Below are positions 15,400 through 30,129 of a stretch of DNA of 64,000 nucleotides, in pieces. A model generated the notes under the pieces. That model worked only from the letters and a program-made list of their open reading frames with translations. It ran no database searches and was not told the DNA's origin. How positions within the stretch are numbered: the stretch's first letter is position 1; each line of letters opens with the position of its first letter. The position numbers and the translations under genes were made by a program. This stretch comes from the human T2T-CHM13v2.0 reference genome, Homo sapiens: the NCBI RefSeq assembly GCF_009914755.1, contig NC_060926.1; one strand, 5' to 3'.

Positions 15400-17350
15400 C
15401 AAAAAATAAAGAAGGAAAAATGACAAGATCATATTCCCATTTTACAGAAATCACCCTAATTTCAGCATGGTAGAGGGATAGTAGGTAGGTGGGACTGGCG
15501 GTAACAGAGAAACCTGTTAGAAGACTATTACAAGAGTACAGTGAGGGATGAGGATGGCTGGAACTGAGCCAATGACAGTAGGAATGGAGTGGACACATTC
15601 AAGAGATATGTGGGAGATGACTTAAGATGTGGATGTTTAAAGGTAAAAGGTTGAGGATCATTTTACTGCTTTGGATACCTGAATGGATGGTGGTATCGTT
15701 CACTGAGTAAGAAAAAGGAGGAGAATAAACAGGCTTTACAGAGAAAGTGATAAGTCCAGCATTGGGCAGATTGAGTGTGAGATATCTATAGGACATGGAA
15801 GTGTGTATGTGGCTGGTAGACACTGCACATATTGGTCAGAGCTCAGAAGATAATTCCTGGGCTAAGGACATGGATCTGAGGCTTACATATAAATGACATC
15901 TGAATCCATGAGCATACATGAAATGGTTCAAGGAGTATGTAGGGACAGAACGGAAAGGAACCTAGTAAAGAAAAAACTAAAACCTAAACACTACCAATCT
16001 TTATGAATTGGATAGAGGGGGATCCTGCAAAGAAAATCGAGAAAAAGTAGCTAGATATAACAGGGAACTCAGAATATAGAATCATAGAAACAAAGAAAAA
16101 CAATATTTCAGGAAAAAGAATATAGAGAACAGTATCAAAAGCTTCTGACAATATGTAATCTAAGGATTTAAAAGTATCCATTGGATAGAGTGCCAAGGAA
16201 GTCATTGGTGAACATGGCAAAGGAGTTTCAGTACAATGCAGTGGGAGGATTTGGGGCCAGATTCCAGAGGCTGAAGAGTGAAAGGAGGGAGACTGCCAGA
16301 ATAGACAATCTTCAGAAAGTTTAGGTTATGAATAAGAGAGATAGACTGGGGACTGAATGGATTCAGGGAGAGAGGCACTATATTTTTTCAAATAGGAAAG
16401 TTTTGTTTGTGTTTAAATGCAAATAGGAAAGGAGAAGATGAAGATAGAGGAAAAAGTAAAAGGAGATAGGATTAATTTCAGATGGAGAGATCTTATAAGC
16501 ACGCCTTGTAAAAGGAAGAAGAAGGAAGGATGAGTGGAAATGTGGGTGTTTAAAGCTTGCTTGTGTGTAGTTGGGGACATCCCCCCCCAAAAAAAATGAA
16601 TTTTATTTTTTCTGTGGTATAGAAAGCAAAATCACCTTTCAAGAACGAGAAGAAAGGTAGGAGGCAGGGGATGGTCAAAAATTTGAGGAGGAAGAAGTTT
16701 CAATGACTATGTGGCAGAAATGGAGAGAGAACAAAAGTGATTAAAGAAATAGAGGAAAAGCTCAGCTGAAGTTGAAGCCTCTGAATCAGCGCCAGCCACT
16801 ATCCACTTGGCTCTGCACCACTCTCCAAAGGTCTTCAACAGACCAGACTTAGGTTCAGAGAAGACAAACACACAGTGTCTTTCCCAGGCTGGTATAACAG
16901 GAGAACAGAGCATGAGAATAGAGAATCTGATAAGAGTGAAGTTGAAATAAAAAATCACAGAAACTAAAATAATGAGTAGAGGAAGAAAGGACTGTTAACT
17001 GTGGAGAAAGGGAATGGGATGGAGAGGGTCTCAGAAAGGGTGACATAGTGAGAGAAACTAACTCTCAAAACACAAAGTGAAGCAGTGAGGGTATTGTCTC
17101 TGTGATTTCAGAAGTAGAGCTATTCCAGGTGTTGAGAATGTCCCCAGTGTGGCCACAGAAGTGGGGACTGAAGTAAAGGACTTTGCCATGGAAGGTCAAG
17201 GAACTAAGTTCCTCAAGCTATGGCTGTTCGCATGGATGCTGAAGTAGCATAGCGTAGGGGAGAACTGTGAGCCGATGTCTTCAACGAATGAAGCTGAGTC
17301 AAGGAGAGGAGATGCTATGAGCCTAAGATTAGTAAGAATTCATAGTGGAA
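15400..17350. mobile_element. Degraded L2 sequence
   Basis: Purine-rich L2 motifs (ggatggtggtatcgttcactgag; aacagtatcaaaagcttctga; aaagtatccattggatagag). Confidence 0.7.
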
Positions 17351-19129
17351 AACAGAAGATAAATGTTGCAGACCCCATATCCCAAACTTGGAAGAATGGA
17401 AAAGCCTAAACAGAAATAGGCTTGAGGGAGAGACAAATTTCATTAAAGACCTGGAGATAAGAATAGAGTTCTCAGAATGGGTTGAAGATGTAGTTTTGTT
17501 TCATAGCCTAAGGGTACAGTGATAAGCGTTGAAAGTCAGTAAAGTACTAGGGGGTTCAGTCAGCCAATTAGAAGCAAAAAGCACTTAAGAAAAAAAAGAT
17601 TGCCTCAAGGGTTTACTCCACAGGCAATAACCAACAGATATAAAGGTGTACTACGTTTAGCAGGGGCCAACCTGATGCCAAAAGAACTAGTCCCAGCAGT
17701 TCCGAGGTGTTTAGAAGGAGTTTCAGATTCTTGGCAAAAGTTCAAGGTTAACTGGATTGCTTCATGGAGGGTCATAGTCCACATGAGCAGGCCAGGAGAC
17801 ACTGAGGGATTCACAGCAACAGCATGAGACACAGATGAGCCTAAAAACATTAGCCATCCACCTTCCACTCTTTACCATCTGCCAGCTTTCCTTCTTCAAT
17901 CCTCTGCTATCTCACTGTCCATTCACCTTCAATCTCAAAAGCCATCGTTGAAATCTACAAACATCAGGCTATTCTGACTTGCTACATTGCCTCCACTAGG
18001 CCACCATATATAGCTGGAGTCAACCTCTATTTTCAGGTCAACCCTGGAGTCAACCTCTGATTTGCAGAATCCTGTTTCTAAATTTGTCTTTGGGTGGGTA
18101 TCTTGCCAGAATTATGGAAGGAAAGTAATTTTTTAAAAATTGGCAAGGACAATTCCTTTGTATTTGTCAGTTATCGTGATCCCTGTCAAGCAAGAGGAAT
18201 GTGGCTTTCAGCACTGACTTCTTAGAGTAATTCTCACAATAATCAGTAATGTCACCAATTATACTGAATGCTGAGATGGGAGAAATAAGCTAGCTAATCT
18301 CTGTCCCCACTGTTCAGGTTAAGACCAGCGCAAAATCCTGATAAGAATCAATACAGTTCTCAAAATATTCTGAATGAAGTTTTTGTTTAGACATGTTGGA
18401 CCACTGTATCTCACAAATTATAAAAAGGAACTTTATCAATCTTGTCATTTGTCTCTTGAAAGATCCTCTTTTGCACTTAGTGCTTGATTTGGGTAAAGCT
18501 GTCTGTATGCTTTTGGTTTACTAATCTATAAATATGGAAGTCCATTTTAAAAGAAGGTATCTGGGGACTAAAACTGGTTCCTCCATTTAACCAAATATGA
18601 AAGACCAAATAAAGAAAAGAAATTGAATTACTGATATTTTGGTTCCCTGAGCTTGAACTTCAGTTACATTTATGATCTTGTGTTTTCTCTTATGGTTTGG
18701 ATGTTTTTTGCTAAAATGATTTTATTAGACATGAACCAAATGTTTGCTTAGGAATTTTATGCCCAAACTTGTGCTGATTCTAAGGGAATTTTTTACAAGA
18801 CTATGTTTTTTTTTTCCCTTAAAATATATTGTGTAAGCTTATGCAGCTGCTGAGTTCTGACTTTTTATGTTGTTATTTGTTACTACTTTTTTTTTTTTTT
18901 TTTTACCTCCTGCTTTTGAAACTGTAGCATGTGTGGAAGGAAGCAAGGAGTGCTAGAGCTTATTTTACATCCTCCTTTGAGGCAGTGTGGCAGCTTTTTT
19001 GTTACCTTAGGATGGAGTATAAGATTGGGAAAATCAAATGTACAACTTAAAACAGAGTCCAGAATCTGGTTTGTTGTTGTTGTTTTGCCATGCTTCTCTC
19101 TTTGTGAACTGATACTTGTACTCATTATC

Positions 19130-19880
19130 CTCATCTTGCTCAGTCAACAAATATTTCCTACCTGCAGTAGGCCAGACACCATTCTAGGCATGAGAGATAC
19201 AGAGAGCAGCCAAGATCCCAGTTTCTGTTCTAGGAAAGAGAAATGGAAAATTAGTGAGAAAAAAATAAGTAAATTAATAAATGAATAATTTGAGTTGGTA
19301 AAAAGTCCAAAAAGAAAATGAAACAAGGTAATGGGAGAGACTGTCATCAATGAACACATCTTCCAGGAGACATTTGAGCTGGGATCTGAATGACCAAAAT
19401 GAGCCAGCCATTCAAATACTTTGGAAATGAGTTTCCCAGGAAGTAAAGAGCAGCTAGATCACAGGTCCAAGTAGGGGAATGAGTTTGAAATGTCCAAAGG
19501 CCTGAAGAAGGCCAGGACCATAGTGAGGAAGGATGTTATTTTAATTACATGGAGAAATCATAAACTCAAACAGGGCAAGAGGGGTAGGAGGAAAGCCAAT
19601 TAGGAGCCTACTGGAATAGGCCCGGGAAATACCAATGGTGGCTTAAACTAGAAGGAGGCAAAATTAGAAAGATGGAGAGAAGAGGACAAATCAGGGATAT
19701 ATTTTGGAAGAAAATCTGCTAGGACTTGCTAGAATAGATGTAAGGGATGATGATAAGGTAAAATTACTCCTAGGGTTATTTTTTTTTGCCTGAACCTCTT
19801 GGTGGATGGTTGTGCCTTAAAATGAGGAAGGCCAGGAAGCAGAAAGACATGTTGGAAGGTGAAAGAAAATTTAAAACTCA
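19130..19880. mobile_element. L2 (3' part), continuing at ~21930-22160 after nested insertions
   Basis: cagtcaacaaatatttccta..ccagacaccattctaggca; resumes ttttaagcatgttaagttt..gcatccagttgagatg. Confidence 0.75.
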
Positions 19881-19881
19881 T

Positions 19882-20235
19882 CTGGGTGTGTTGGCTCATG
19901 CCTGTAATCCCAGCACTTTGGGAGGCCTTGACCAGTGGATCACCTGAGGTCAGGAGTTCCAGACCAGCCTGGCCAACATGCTGCAAAAATTAGCTGAGTG
20001 TCATGGTGTAAGCCTGTAAATCCCAGCTACTTGGGAGGCTGAGGCATGAGAATCGCTTGAATCCAGGAGGCAGAGTTTGCAGTGAGCCGAGGTCGCCTCA
20101 GTGTACTCCAGCCTGTGCAACAGAGCAAGACTGTCAAAAAAAGGAAAGGAAAGGAGAGAGGAAGGGAGGCGAGGGGAGAAGGGAGGGAAAGGGGGAGGGG
20201 GAAAGGAAGTGGAAAGAAGGGAAGGAAGGAAGGAA
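19882..20235 (+). mobile_element. AluS with internal deletion, followed by a (GAAG/GGAG)n purine tract
   Basis: Alu body lacking part of the middle linker region; tail runs into a polypurine repeat at 20140-20235. Confidence 0.9.
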
Positions 20236-20735
20236 ATTAAATTTAAAATTCAGTTTTTTTTAGTGGTGATTTCTGAGATTTTAGTACACCTGTCACCTAA
20301 GAAATGTACACTGTACCCAATATGTAGTCTTTTATCCTTCACCCCCTCCCACCTTGAGTCCCCAAAGTCCATTATATCATTCTTATGCCTTTGTGTCCTC
20401 ATAGCTCAGGTCCCACTTATAAGTGACAACATACAGTATTTGGTTTTCCATTCCTGAGTTACTTCACTTAGAATAATGGCCTCCAGACCCATCCAAGTTG
20501 CTGCAAAAGACATTATTTTATTCCTTTTTTATGGCTGAGTAGCACTCATGGTGTATATATACCACATCTTCTTTATCCACTCATTGGTTGATAGGTACTT
20601 ATGTTGGTTCCATATTATTGCAACTGTGAATTGTACTGCTATAAACATGGGTGTGCATGTGTCTTTTTTATATAATGACTTTTTTTCCTTTGGGTAGATA
20701 CCCAGTAGTGGGATTGCTAGATGGAATGGTAGTTC

Positions 20736-21619
20736 TGTTACCAGGGATGCTGCCTTGGGATGGATCCTTTAACCGAGATCAACAGAGCTGGAGCTCTGGA
20801 CCAGCAATCTCAGTTCTTGTGATAGTGAGCAAAGAAATGCAAACTAACAGCAAAGTGCAAGCTCAAAGCAAAGTTCATTAAGGCACAGTAATACACTCTC
20901 AAAGGGAGAGTGGGCCAACTTCTACGAAGTGAAATCAGCCACTCTTTGCAGAGCTCAGGATGCTTTTATGGGAGGAGTTGAGGCCTGGGCTGTGTTTGAG
21001 TGACAGGATGATGTCATTTGATTGGCAGTTTATAGTTACATAGCTGAAGTTAAACTGAGCATGTTTTTACCGATCTTTCGTTAAGAAAAGCCCACTCAGA
21101 GGGGCAAAACCACAAGTAAATTTTACTATAATGACTGTATAATAAGGATGGGGTTCCCCAGGGTTATGGCCTAGATCAAGCTTGTCCAAATGTGGCCCAG
21201 GACAGCTTTGAATGTGGCCCAACACAAATTTGTAAGCTTTATTAAAACATTATGAGATTTTTTGCAATTTTTCTCTTTTTTCTTTTTTTTTGCTCATCAG
21301 CTATTGTTAGTGTTAGTGTATTTTATGCATGGCCCAAGATGATTCTTTCAATGTGGCCCAGGGAAGCCAAAAGCTTGGAAAACCCCTGGCCTAGATGGAC
21401 GGGGCATGTGTCACATTAGGAAATTTTTATCTGTGCCCCAGTTTTTCTTTCCCCAGGATGTGCTGGCCACAGACTTTATCACAAATTCTGTCCATTAGGG
21501 TGGAGCTATGGTGATTTGGGGGCTGAATTTAGGTGGGCCAGGGCCTGTCTTAGTGACAGCCCTTCTGCTTTCTTCTCTCACCCCCTCCGAGCTGCTAATG
21601 TCTACCTAACTACCTAACA
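20736..21619 (-). mobile_element. ERV1-class solo LTR
   Basis: TGTTA...TAACA termini with 4-bp TSD gttc/gctc, precisely interrupting L1 sequence ggtagttc|tacttttag. Confidence 0.8.
21177..21388. mobile_element. MER30 hAT DNA transposon inside the LTR
   Basis: MER30-like body with perfect 8-bp TSD gcctagat (21169-21176, 21389-21396). Confidence 0.85.
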
Positions 21620-22623
21620 GCTCTACTTTTAGCTCTTTAAGGAATCTCCATACTGTTTTCCATAATGGTTGTACTAATTTACATTCCCACAAGCAGTGTA
21701 AAACTGTTCCCTTTTCACCACATCCACACCAACATCTATTGTTTTTTGACTTTTTAATTATGGCCATTCTTGTAGGAGTAAGGTGGTATCTCATTGTGGT
21801 TTTAATTTGCATTTCCCTGATGGTTAGGGATGTGGAGCATTTTTTCACATGTTTATTGGCTGTATCTCTTCTTTTGAGAACTGTCTATTCATATTCTTTG
21901 CCCACTTTTTGGTGGGATTATATCTTAAAAACTCAGTTTTAAGCATGTTAAGTTTCAGTTGCCTAGTAGGCATCCAGTTGAGATGCTGAAGAGGCAGGAA
22001 ACCATCCTGGTCTGGGTGCAGCTCCTGTCAGGGTATAGATTCAAAGTTCATCTAAATATAGACGGTCATTGAAGTCATGAGATTAGATGAGATCATCAAA
22101 CGAGATAGAATAAATAAAAAAAAGAAAGAAAGATGGTTTAAGGACCAAGCCCTGGGGGCTGTTGTTTTCTCTTTCTGGAAACTTGAAATTTAAAAATAAC
22201 ATATTTTGTCAACATATTTTATCATATTTTATCAAAGAATTATGCAAGCACAAAGTTAGAGTTATAATAGATAACTGAGATATAAAAGAACCCTACAAAA
22301 TGTGGTTGACAGTTCATGCGTGTGGTATTTGTTTGTGAAAACCCTGAGCTATGTATGGACCAATTCCCATGAAAACAAATAATGATGTTGCTTTATTACC
22401 ACACATTGACCTTCAGCTAATCACAACCAGACCTGAAAAACACAAATGATTGCATTAGTTTCTTTGAACACTAGAGGGAGATAAAGTCACCTGTAAATCA
22501 GGAAAATAGAAAAATCCTTTTTTCCTACAGAACTACTCTTACCACAGAATCATAGAATATTTTAAAGTTTGATTATTTTTACAATCATCAAGAAATACAG
22601 TCATGTATTATAAAACTGGAACA

Positions 22624-22924
22624 AGCCAGGCACGGTGGGTCACTCCTGTAATCCCAGCACTTTGGGAGGCCAAGGCGGGCAGATCACCTGAGCTCAGGAG
22701 TTGGAGACCAGCCTGGGCAACATGGTGAGATCCTGTCTCTACAAAAAATACAAAACTTAGCCAGGCATGGTGGCAAGCACCTGTAGTCTCAGCTACTGGG
22801 AGGCTGGGGTGGGAAGATTGCTTAGGCTCAGGAGATTGAGGCTGTAGGCTGTAGTGAGCTGTGATCATGCCACTGCACTCCAGCCTGGGCAACCGAAGGA
22901 GACCCTGTCTCCAAAACAAAAAAC
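22624..22924 (+). mobile_element. AluJ
   Basis: gcctgggcaacatggtgaga and aggctgtagtgagctgtgat diagnostics; TSD actggaacaa. Confidence 0.92.
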
Positions 22925-23599
22925 ACTGGAACAAATTACATATGTTTAGAAAGTAGCCTGACATATTTTTTAAATCAGGTTTTGCTAAAAGGCTTTTATA
23001 TATGCTAATAATGTACTATATTTTCAGGTGATACCTTAGTCATTTTTCCCTTGGGCAATGCAAAGCAACAACATATAAACCAGCTAATTTTTATTTGAAG
23101 AAACAACTCTTCCTCCCTTGGAATTCCAGTAATAGGCTTACTGTAAGTCAAGTGTCCAAAGAATTGCCTCTCAACCTTATGTCTGTGGACTTTGAGAATG
23201 TGCTGTACTTCATCACGTTCCATGTTTTTCAGGTGGCTTAAAGGTCATGGGCACAGAGTTCATTCTGGACTTTTTATTTGCCCAATAAAATGCTTTTTGA
23301 CTTTGCTAAGTAATCACATAGATATGTAGTGTTTTCATGATTGCTTGGGGCAACTAGAAAACTTTCTCTTTATTTACTTTGGTAATCTTTCTTAAAACAT
23401 GCTAAAAAAAAAAAAAGTCCTTTTTTCCAATCAAAGATTGAGTGTGAGCCCTATCCAACTGTTCCTACCCTACCAAATACTTTATTTGACCTTGTAACTA
23501 GCTTAATAAGTTCTCTTTTCCATAACCTCAACACTAAAGTGCTTCTGATAATTAAAGAGAAAAAAATATATTTTCTATCTCTAGGGGAGGATTATGGTG

Positions 23600-23800
23600 T
23601 AGGAAAAGAGACTGTTTTCTGGAATTAGAGTTGGTATAAATCCTGACTTTGTCTCTACTGGTTGGTGAAAGTGAAGAAGTTACTTTGCATCTGTAAACGA
23701 CCATTTTCTTTTCTCTAAATTGGAATTGCAACCTTTTAGAATTGTTGTGAGCATTAATTCAGAGAATTATGAAAAGCAGCTAGCTTAGTTCCTAGCACAA
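23600..23800. mobile_element. MIR
   Basis: aaatcctgactttgtctctact..aagttacttt..ttagttcctagcacaaagcag. Confidence 0.55.
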
Positions 23801-25118
23801 AGCAGATATTCCAACTTCCCTGTGCCTTCCTCTTTCCTTCTATCTGAAATGCTTTATATTTTAAAATGGTTTTATAAATCATATGTTCATAGATTATGTG
23901 TTCTGAAGTATTTGTCAAGTGCTGGTGATAAGTGCAGAATGTGACCTGGGTCACATTTATAAGGCAGACTTGCAAAAGTACACGTGGTCAGAGCTGTATG
24001 GCCCTGTGCTCTACACAACTCTACACCACTAGGCCAGGTATAGAATCTCACCAAGGTCCTACACGGTCCATGATCAGCTACTCCTGAATATGGGCTTGGA
24101 AGAAGGGAGAGGAGAGGGAGGCCACTGCAAGTCAGGCAAGGGCTGTAGTCCCAGAAGAGAATAACTTCCCTTTTCCCTCCGTAAATGTAAATTCTACCTC
24201 CCCACCCCCATAAAGGTGCAGTTCAAATCCTCCTTTCCCCAAAAGACATTCCCAGCCTAACTGAAATCACCTTTACAAACACCTATAACATTTATCCAAT
24301 TCAATCATCTGACAACACATTCTTTTCATTTCTACTTAATCATTTCATTTACCTGTATCTCTCTAACTAGGTAGGTTTTTAAAGCAGAAGTCATGCCCTA
24401 TTTCATAGCTTTTCATTTTAGCACATTTCACAATGCTCCACTTGAAGCAGACGTTCAACACATACTTGAATGTATCTCCAGGTCAGTTTTCCTTCAATTT
24501 ATTTTGTTGCATGCAGTTTGATAACAGAACTCATCAAGGGTATAAGTGTATAGATACAGATTGAATCATTTTGCTGATAGCATCTGAAAATTACCTTTTT
24601 CCTTAAAATTGTAGATTATTAAAAAGAAATAACTAAAATATATAACATATTAGGCTTCTATTTGTGTGGTTTACTCTGGTATTCATGCCATAGTTTTGTT
24701 TGTTTCACCATCCAGATCAAGGCCATGGTTTTTGCTGAGTTTCACTTTCAATTGGAACAGATTACAGTTGCCATGAAGTAATGGCCATCACCTACGATAT
24801 AATGTAGCAAAGAGTATATGATAAATATTCATCACCAGTAGATCATTTTTCTTTGAAAATCCCTTAGTCAAATCTTATTATTGGTCATGAAATGTATGCA
24901 TGATAATTTGACATCTGTAAATATAACTCCATTTTTATGATACAAAGAACTGAAGCAGAAACTGAAGTTTTATTATTTATCATTCAAACTGCAGAATAAA
25001 AGGGTGCTGAAGCTGGAATTTGAATGTTCCTCAATGTCATGAAGGATAAAAAATCAAACATGAAATGGATGATCTGTTTTCTGAGTGTCAAACTATAACA
25101 CAAAAAAGTAGTAACCCT

Positions 25119-25574
<456 letters not shown>

Positions 25575-25654
25575 TTATAATGAAACAACATTATTTTCAA
25601 AATAATTGCCTGGTAATATATTTTCAAAAGAATACTCAGGTAATGAGATCTTAG

Positions 25655-25748
25655 ATCACTGTAGTCTCAAACTCCTAAGTTCAAGCCATCCTCGCACATC
25701 AGCCTCCTGAGTAGTTGGGATTACAGATGTGCACCACCACACCAGGCT
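25655..25748 (-). mobile_element. Alu monomer fragment
   Basis: tcagcctcctgagtagttgggattacag. Confidence 0.75.
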
Positions 25749-26530
25749 ATGGCTACAAGTTTAAAATAAAAAATACATGCAGAAAAGAATATGGAAATAG
25801 ACTCCTTCCCTTCTGCTTTTAATCATTCATGAGTTTCTTAGCTGCTAAAATATATGTTGAATAGACTTTTTTTTTTCTAATTCTACATCATTTTCTCCTT
25901 CCTTTCAAATCCCAAATCCTCAAATGAGTGGTCATTACCCACTTAGAATCTATTTCCCCACCATTTGATCTCTTTGGAAACCCTCTATAATCCAGCTTCT
26001 ATTTCCACAGTCCGTTGAAATACACTTAATATTATTAATGTCCTTGACCCCCTTCTAATTTTTCTTAACTACTATTCAGAAGCTGATGTTGTCACCTCCT
26101 TCTTAAAATTACTCCTTTCTGGTCATTACTGTCTAGCCTCATTCCCCTAGTTCTCTCACACTTCCTTTTCTGGCTCTTCTTCCATTGCTGTTCCTCCTTT
26201 TCCAGATATCCCTTAAAGGCCTGGGGGAACTCTCTCCCTTCAGTTCTCAGCCAAGTGCTCATCTACTCTCAAAGTTTCATTTCTCACCTTGATGCTTATG
26301 GCTCCTGAGTTTGTGTTCCCTGCTGTGTTCTCTCTCACTTGGATGCCTTTCTCTTGTGTCCAATTACCTCCATGACTTTTCCCTCTAATTACTGTCCAAA
26401 ACTACAGGTCCAAGACTGCTCTTTCCTCCCCACTTTTTTAATTTCACCTTCAGCCTCACCAGTATTCTAAGTTCAATATCTTGGGTTCATCTTGGTTTTT
26501 CTCTCTGTTCTTCAAATTCTACTCCAGTCA

Positions 26531-28804
26531 TGATATGGTTTGGCTCTGTGTCCCCACCCAAATCTCATCTTGAATTGTACTCCCATAATTTTCACGTATT
26601 CTGGGAGGGAGCTGGTGGGAGATGATTTGAGTCATGGGAGCAGTTTCCCCATACTGTTCTCATGGTAGTGAATAAGTCTCACAAGATCTGATGGGTTTAT
26701 CAGGGATTTCTACTTTTGCATCTTCCTCATTTTCCTCCTGCCGCCACCATGTAAGAAGTGTCTTTAGCCTCCCACCATGATTCTGAGGCCTCCCCAGCCA
26801 TGTGGAACAGTAAGTCTAATTAAACCCCTTTTTCTTCCCAGTCCCGGGTATGTCTTTAATCAACAGTGTGAAAACAGACTAATACAGTAAACTGGTACCT
26901 AGAGTGAGTTGTTGCCAAAAAGATACCCGAAATGTGGAAGCAACTTTGGAGCTGGGTAACAGGCAGAGGCTGGAACAGTTTGGAGGGCTCAGAAAGACAG
27001 GAAAATTGGTAAAGTTTGGAACCTCCTAGAGATTTGTTGAATGACTATTACAAAAATGCTGATAGTGATATGAACAATAAGGTCCAGGCTGAGTTGGTCT
27101 CAGATGGAGTTGAAGAAGTTTTGGGAACTGGAGCAAAGGTGATCCTTGTTATGTTTTAGCAAAGAGACTCGTGGCATTTTGCCCTGCCCTACAGATTTGT
27201 GGAATTTTGAACTTGAAAGAGATGATTTAGGGTATTGGGCAAAGAAATTTCTAAACAGCAAAGCATTCAAAAGGTGACTTGGGTGCTGTTAAAAACATTC
27301 CATTTTAAAATGGAAACGGAGCATAAAAGTTCAGAAAATTTGCAGCCTGATGATACAGTAGAAAAGAAAAATGCATTTTTTGAAAAGAAATTCAAGCAGA
27401 CTGCAGAAATTTGTGTAAGTAACAAGGAGTCAAATGTTAATCCCCAAGACAAGGGAGAAATTGTCTCCAGGACATGTCATAAGTCTCCATGGCAGCCCCT
27501 CCCACCACAGACCCAGAAGTCTAAGAGGAAAAAATGGTTTTGGGCTGGGCCCAGGGTCCCCATGCTGTCTGCAGCCTAGAAACTTGGTTCCCTGTGTTCC
27601 AGCTGCTCCAGCTGTTGCTAAAAGGGGCCAAGGTACAGCTCGGCCTATGGTTTCAGACAGTGCAAGCCCCAAACCTTGGCAGCTTCCACATGGTGTTGAG
27701 CCTGCGGGTGTACAGAAGTCAAAAATTGAGGCTTGGGAACCTCCACCCAGATTTCAGATGACTGGAAACGTCTGGATGCCCAGATAGAAGTTTGCTGCAG
27801 GGGTGGAGCCCTCAGGGGAACCTCTGCTAGGGCAGCATGGAAGGGAAATGTGGGATCAGAGCCCCCCCACACACAGAGTTCCTACTGGAGCACCACCTAG
27901 TGGAGCTATGAGAAGAGGGCCACCATCCTCCAGACCCCAGAATGGTAGGTCCACCGACAACGTGCACTGTATGCCTGGAAAAGCTGCAGACACTCAACAT
28001 CAGCCCGTGAAAGCAGCCAGGAGTGGGGCTTTACCCTGCAAAGCCACAGAGGTGGACTGCTCAAGACTATGAGAACCCACCTCTTGCATCAGTGTGACCT
28101 GGATGTGAGACCTGGAGTTAAAGGAGATCATTTTGGAGCTTTAAAATTTTACTGCCCTGCTGGATTTTGGACCTGCATGGGCCCTGTAACCCCTTTGTTT
28201 TGTTCAATTTCTCCCATTTAGAATGCCTGTATTTACCCAATACCTGTACCCCCATTTATCTAGGAAGTATCTTGCTTTTGATTTTACAGGCTCATAGGCA
28301 GAAGGGACGTGCCTTGTCTCAGATGAGACTTTGGACTGTGGACTTTTGGGTTAATGCCAAAATGAGTTAAGACTTTGGGGGACTGTTGGGAAGGCATGAT
28401 TGGTTTTGAAATGTGAGAACATGAGATTTGAGGGGGCAGTGACAGAATGATATGGTTTGGCTCTGTGTCCCCACCCAAATCTCATCTTGAATTCCACTCC
28501 CATAATTCCCATGTATTGTGGGAGGGACCTGGTGGGAGATAATTTGAATCATGGCGGTGGTTTCTCCCATAATGTTCCTGTGGTAGTAAATAAGTCTCAC
28601 GAGATCTGATGGTTTTATCAGGGGTTTCTGCTTTTGCATCTTCCTCATTTTTCTCTTTCTGCTGCCATTTAAGAAGTCCTTTTCACCTCCTGCCATGATT
28701 CTGAAGCCTCCCGAACCATGCGGAACTGCAAGTCCTATTAAACTCTTTTACCTCACAGTCCTGAATATGTCTTTATCAGCAACATGAAAAAACAGACTAA
28801 TACA
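26531..28804 (+). mobile_element. Complete THE1 (THE1C-like) MaLR element: LTR 26531-26886, internal region, LTR 28448-28804
   Basis: Two direct LTRs tgatatggtttggctctgtgtcc...gactaataca; 5-bp TSD agtca at 26526-26530 and 28805-28809. Confidence 0.95.
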
Positions 28805-29168
28805 AGTCATTAGTTCCTGATACTACTTTTTCATAGAAATGTCTTACAGATCATCCTTTCTTTCTAGTCCTATGTCACTTTTTAAATGTAGGCTCTGGAC
28901 GCCTAGATAATTGTATGGGTCTTTGTCTCTTTTTTTTTTGTCCCCAGTCTATCCAATATACAGATTTAAATGCAGAAAACGTTAATATAATACAGAATGA
29001 CTCCATCTCGGGTTTGCTGTGATCAAACCCCGTCTCGGAAGACTATCCATCAAGTCCTTCCTTGTCACCAACCAAGCTTTATCTCCCACAAACCTCTTCT
29101 ATATGCACTCTCTGTATTACTTATCATAGAATCACTCCTCAGATTTTGATCCTCCACATTTTGACTGA

Positions 29169-29620
<452 letters not shown>

Positions 29621-30129
29621 TAACCCTCTAATGTAATGTATTAACCATTACAGTTTGCATGGATGCTACTCTCCTTTTCCTTTTATTGTTTTCTTTTTCC
29701 ATTTTTACTTATTCTTTAAGTTCTAGTTCAAAGATCATCTTCTGTACAAGGTCTTCTCTCATCATCCCAGGCACTAGAGACCCCCAAATGTGCCTGGCAT
29801 AGTTTTAGACATGTAATTGAAAAGATGTAAAAATCTTCCAATTGTTCTATTTTTTTTTTTTAAGAATGACCTCAATGAAACTAATTGCCTTCTCAGACCC
29901 AAAGGGTACATACATAAATTAATAGGGAAAGATAATATTTTTCTAGGTTAAGCCATTGGTATTATTAGTAGAAGCAATAAATAGAAATGAACTCCCAGAG
30001 CTATTCTGTTTTCAGTGGAATTAAGCAATAGCTTATCTCTATAGCCTGAGATACTATCACTATCATCTATGTAATAATCATTAATTTTGTGTTTATAACC
30101 ATTTTTCTAATTACAAAAATAATGAATTG

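Larger units (their letters stand above)
20254..21920 (-). mobile_element. L1PB/L1PA16-type 3' fragment split by an LTR
   Basis: ORF2 C-terminus ([20 protein letters not shown]) in ORF 21606-21848; TSD-like aaaattcagtttt / aaaactcagtttt. Confidence 0.85.

Noticed and set aside
27235-28072. ORFs in the THE1 internal region
   Set aside because: Broken remnants of the MaLR internal ORF, with no continuous frame
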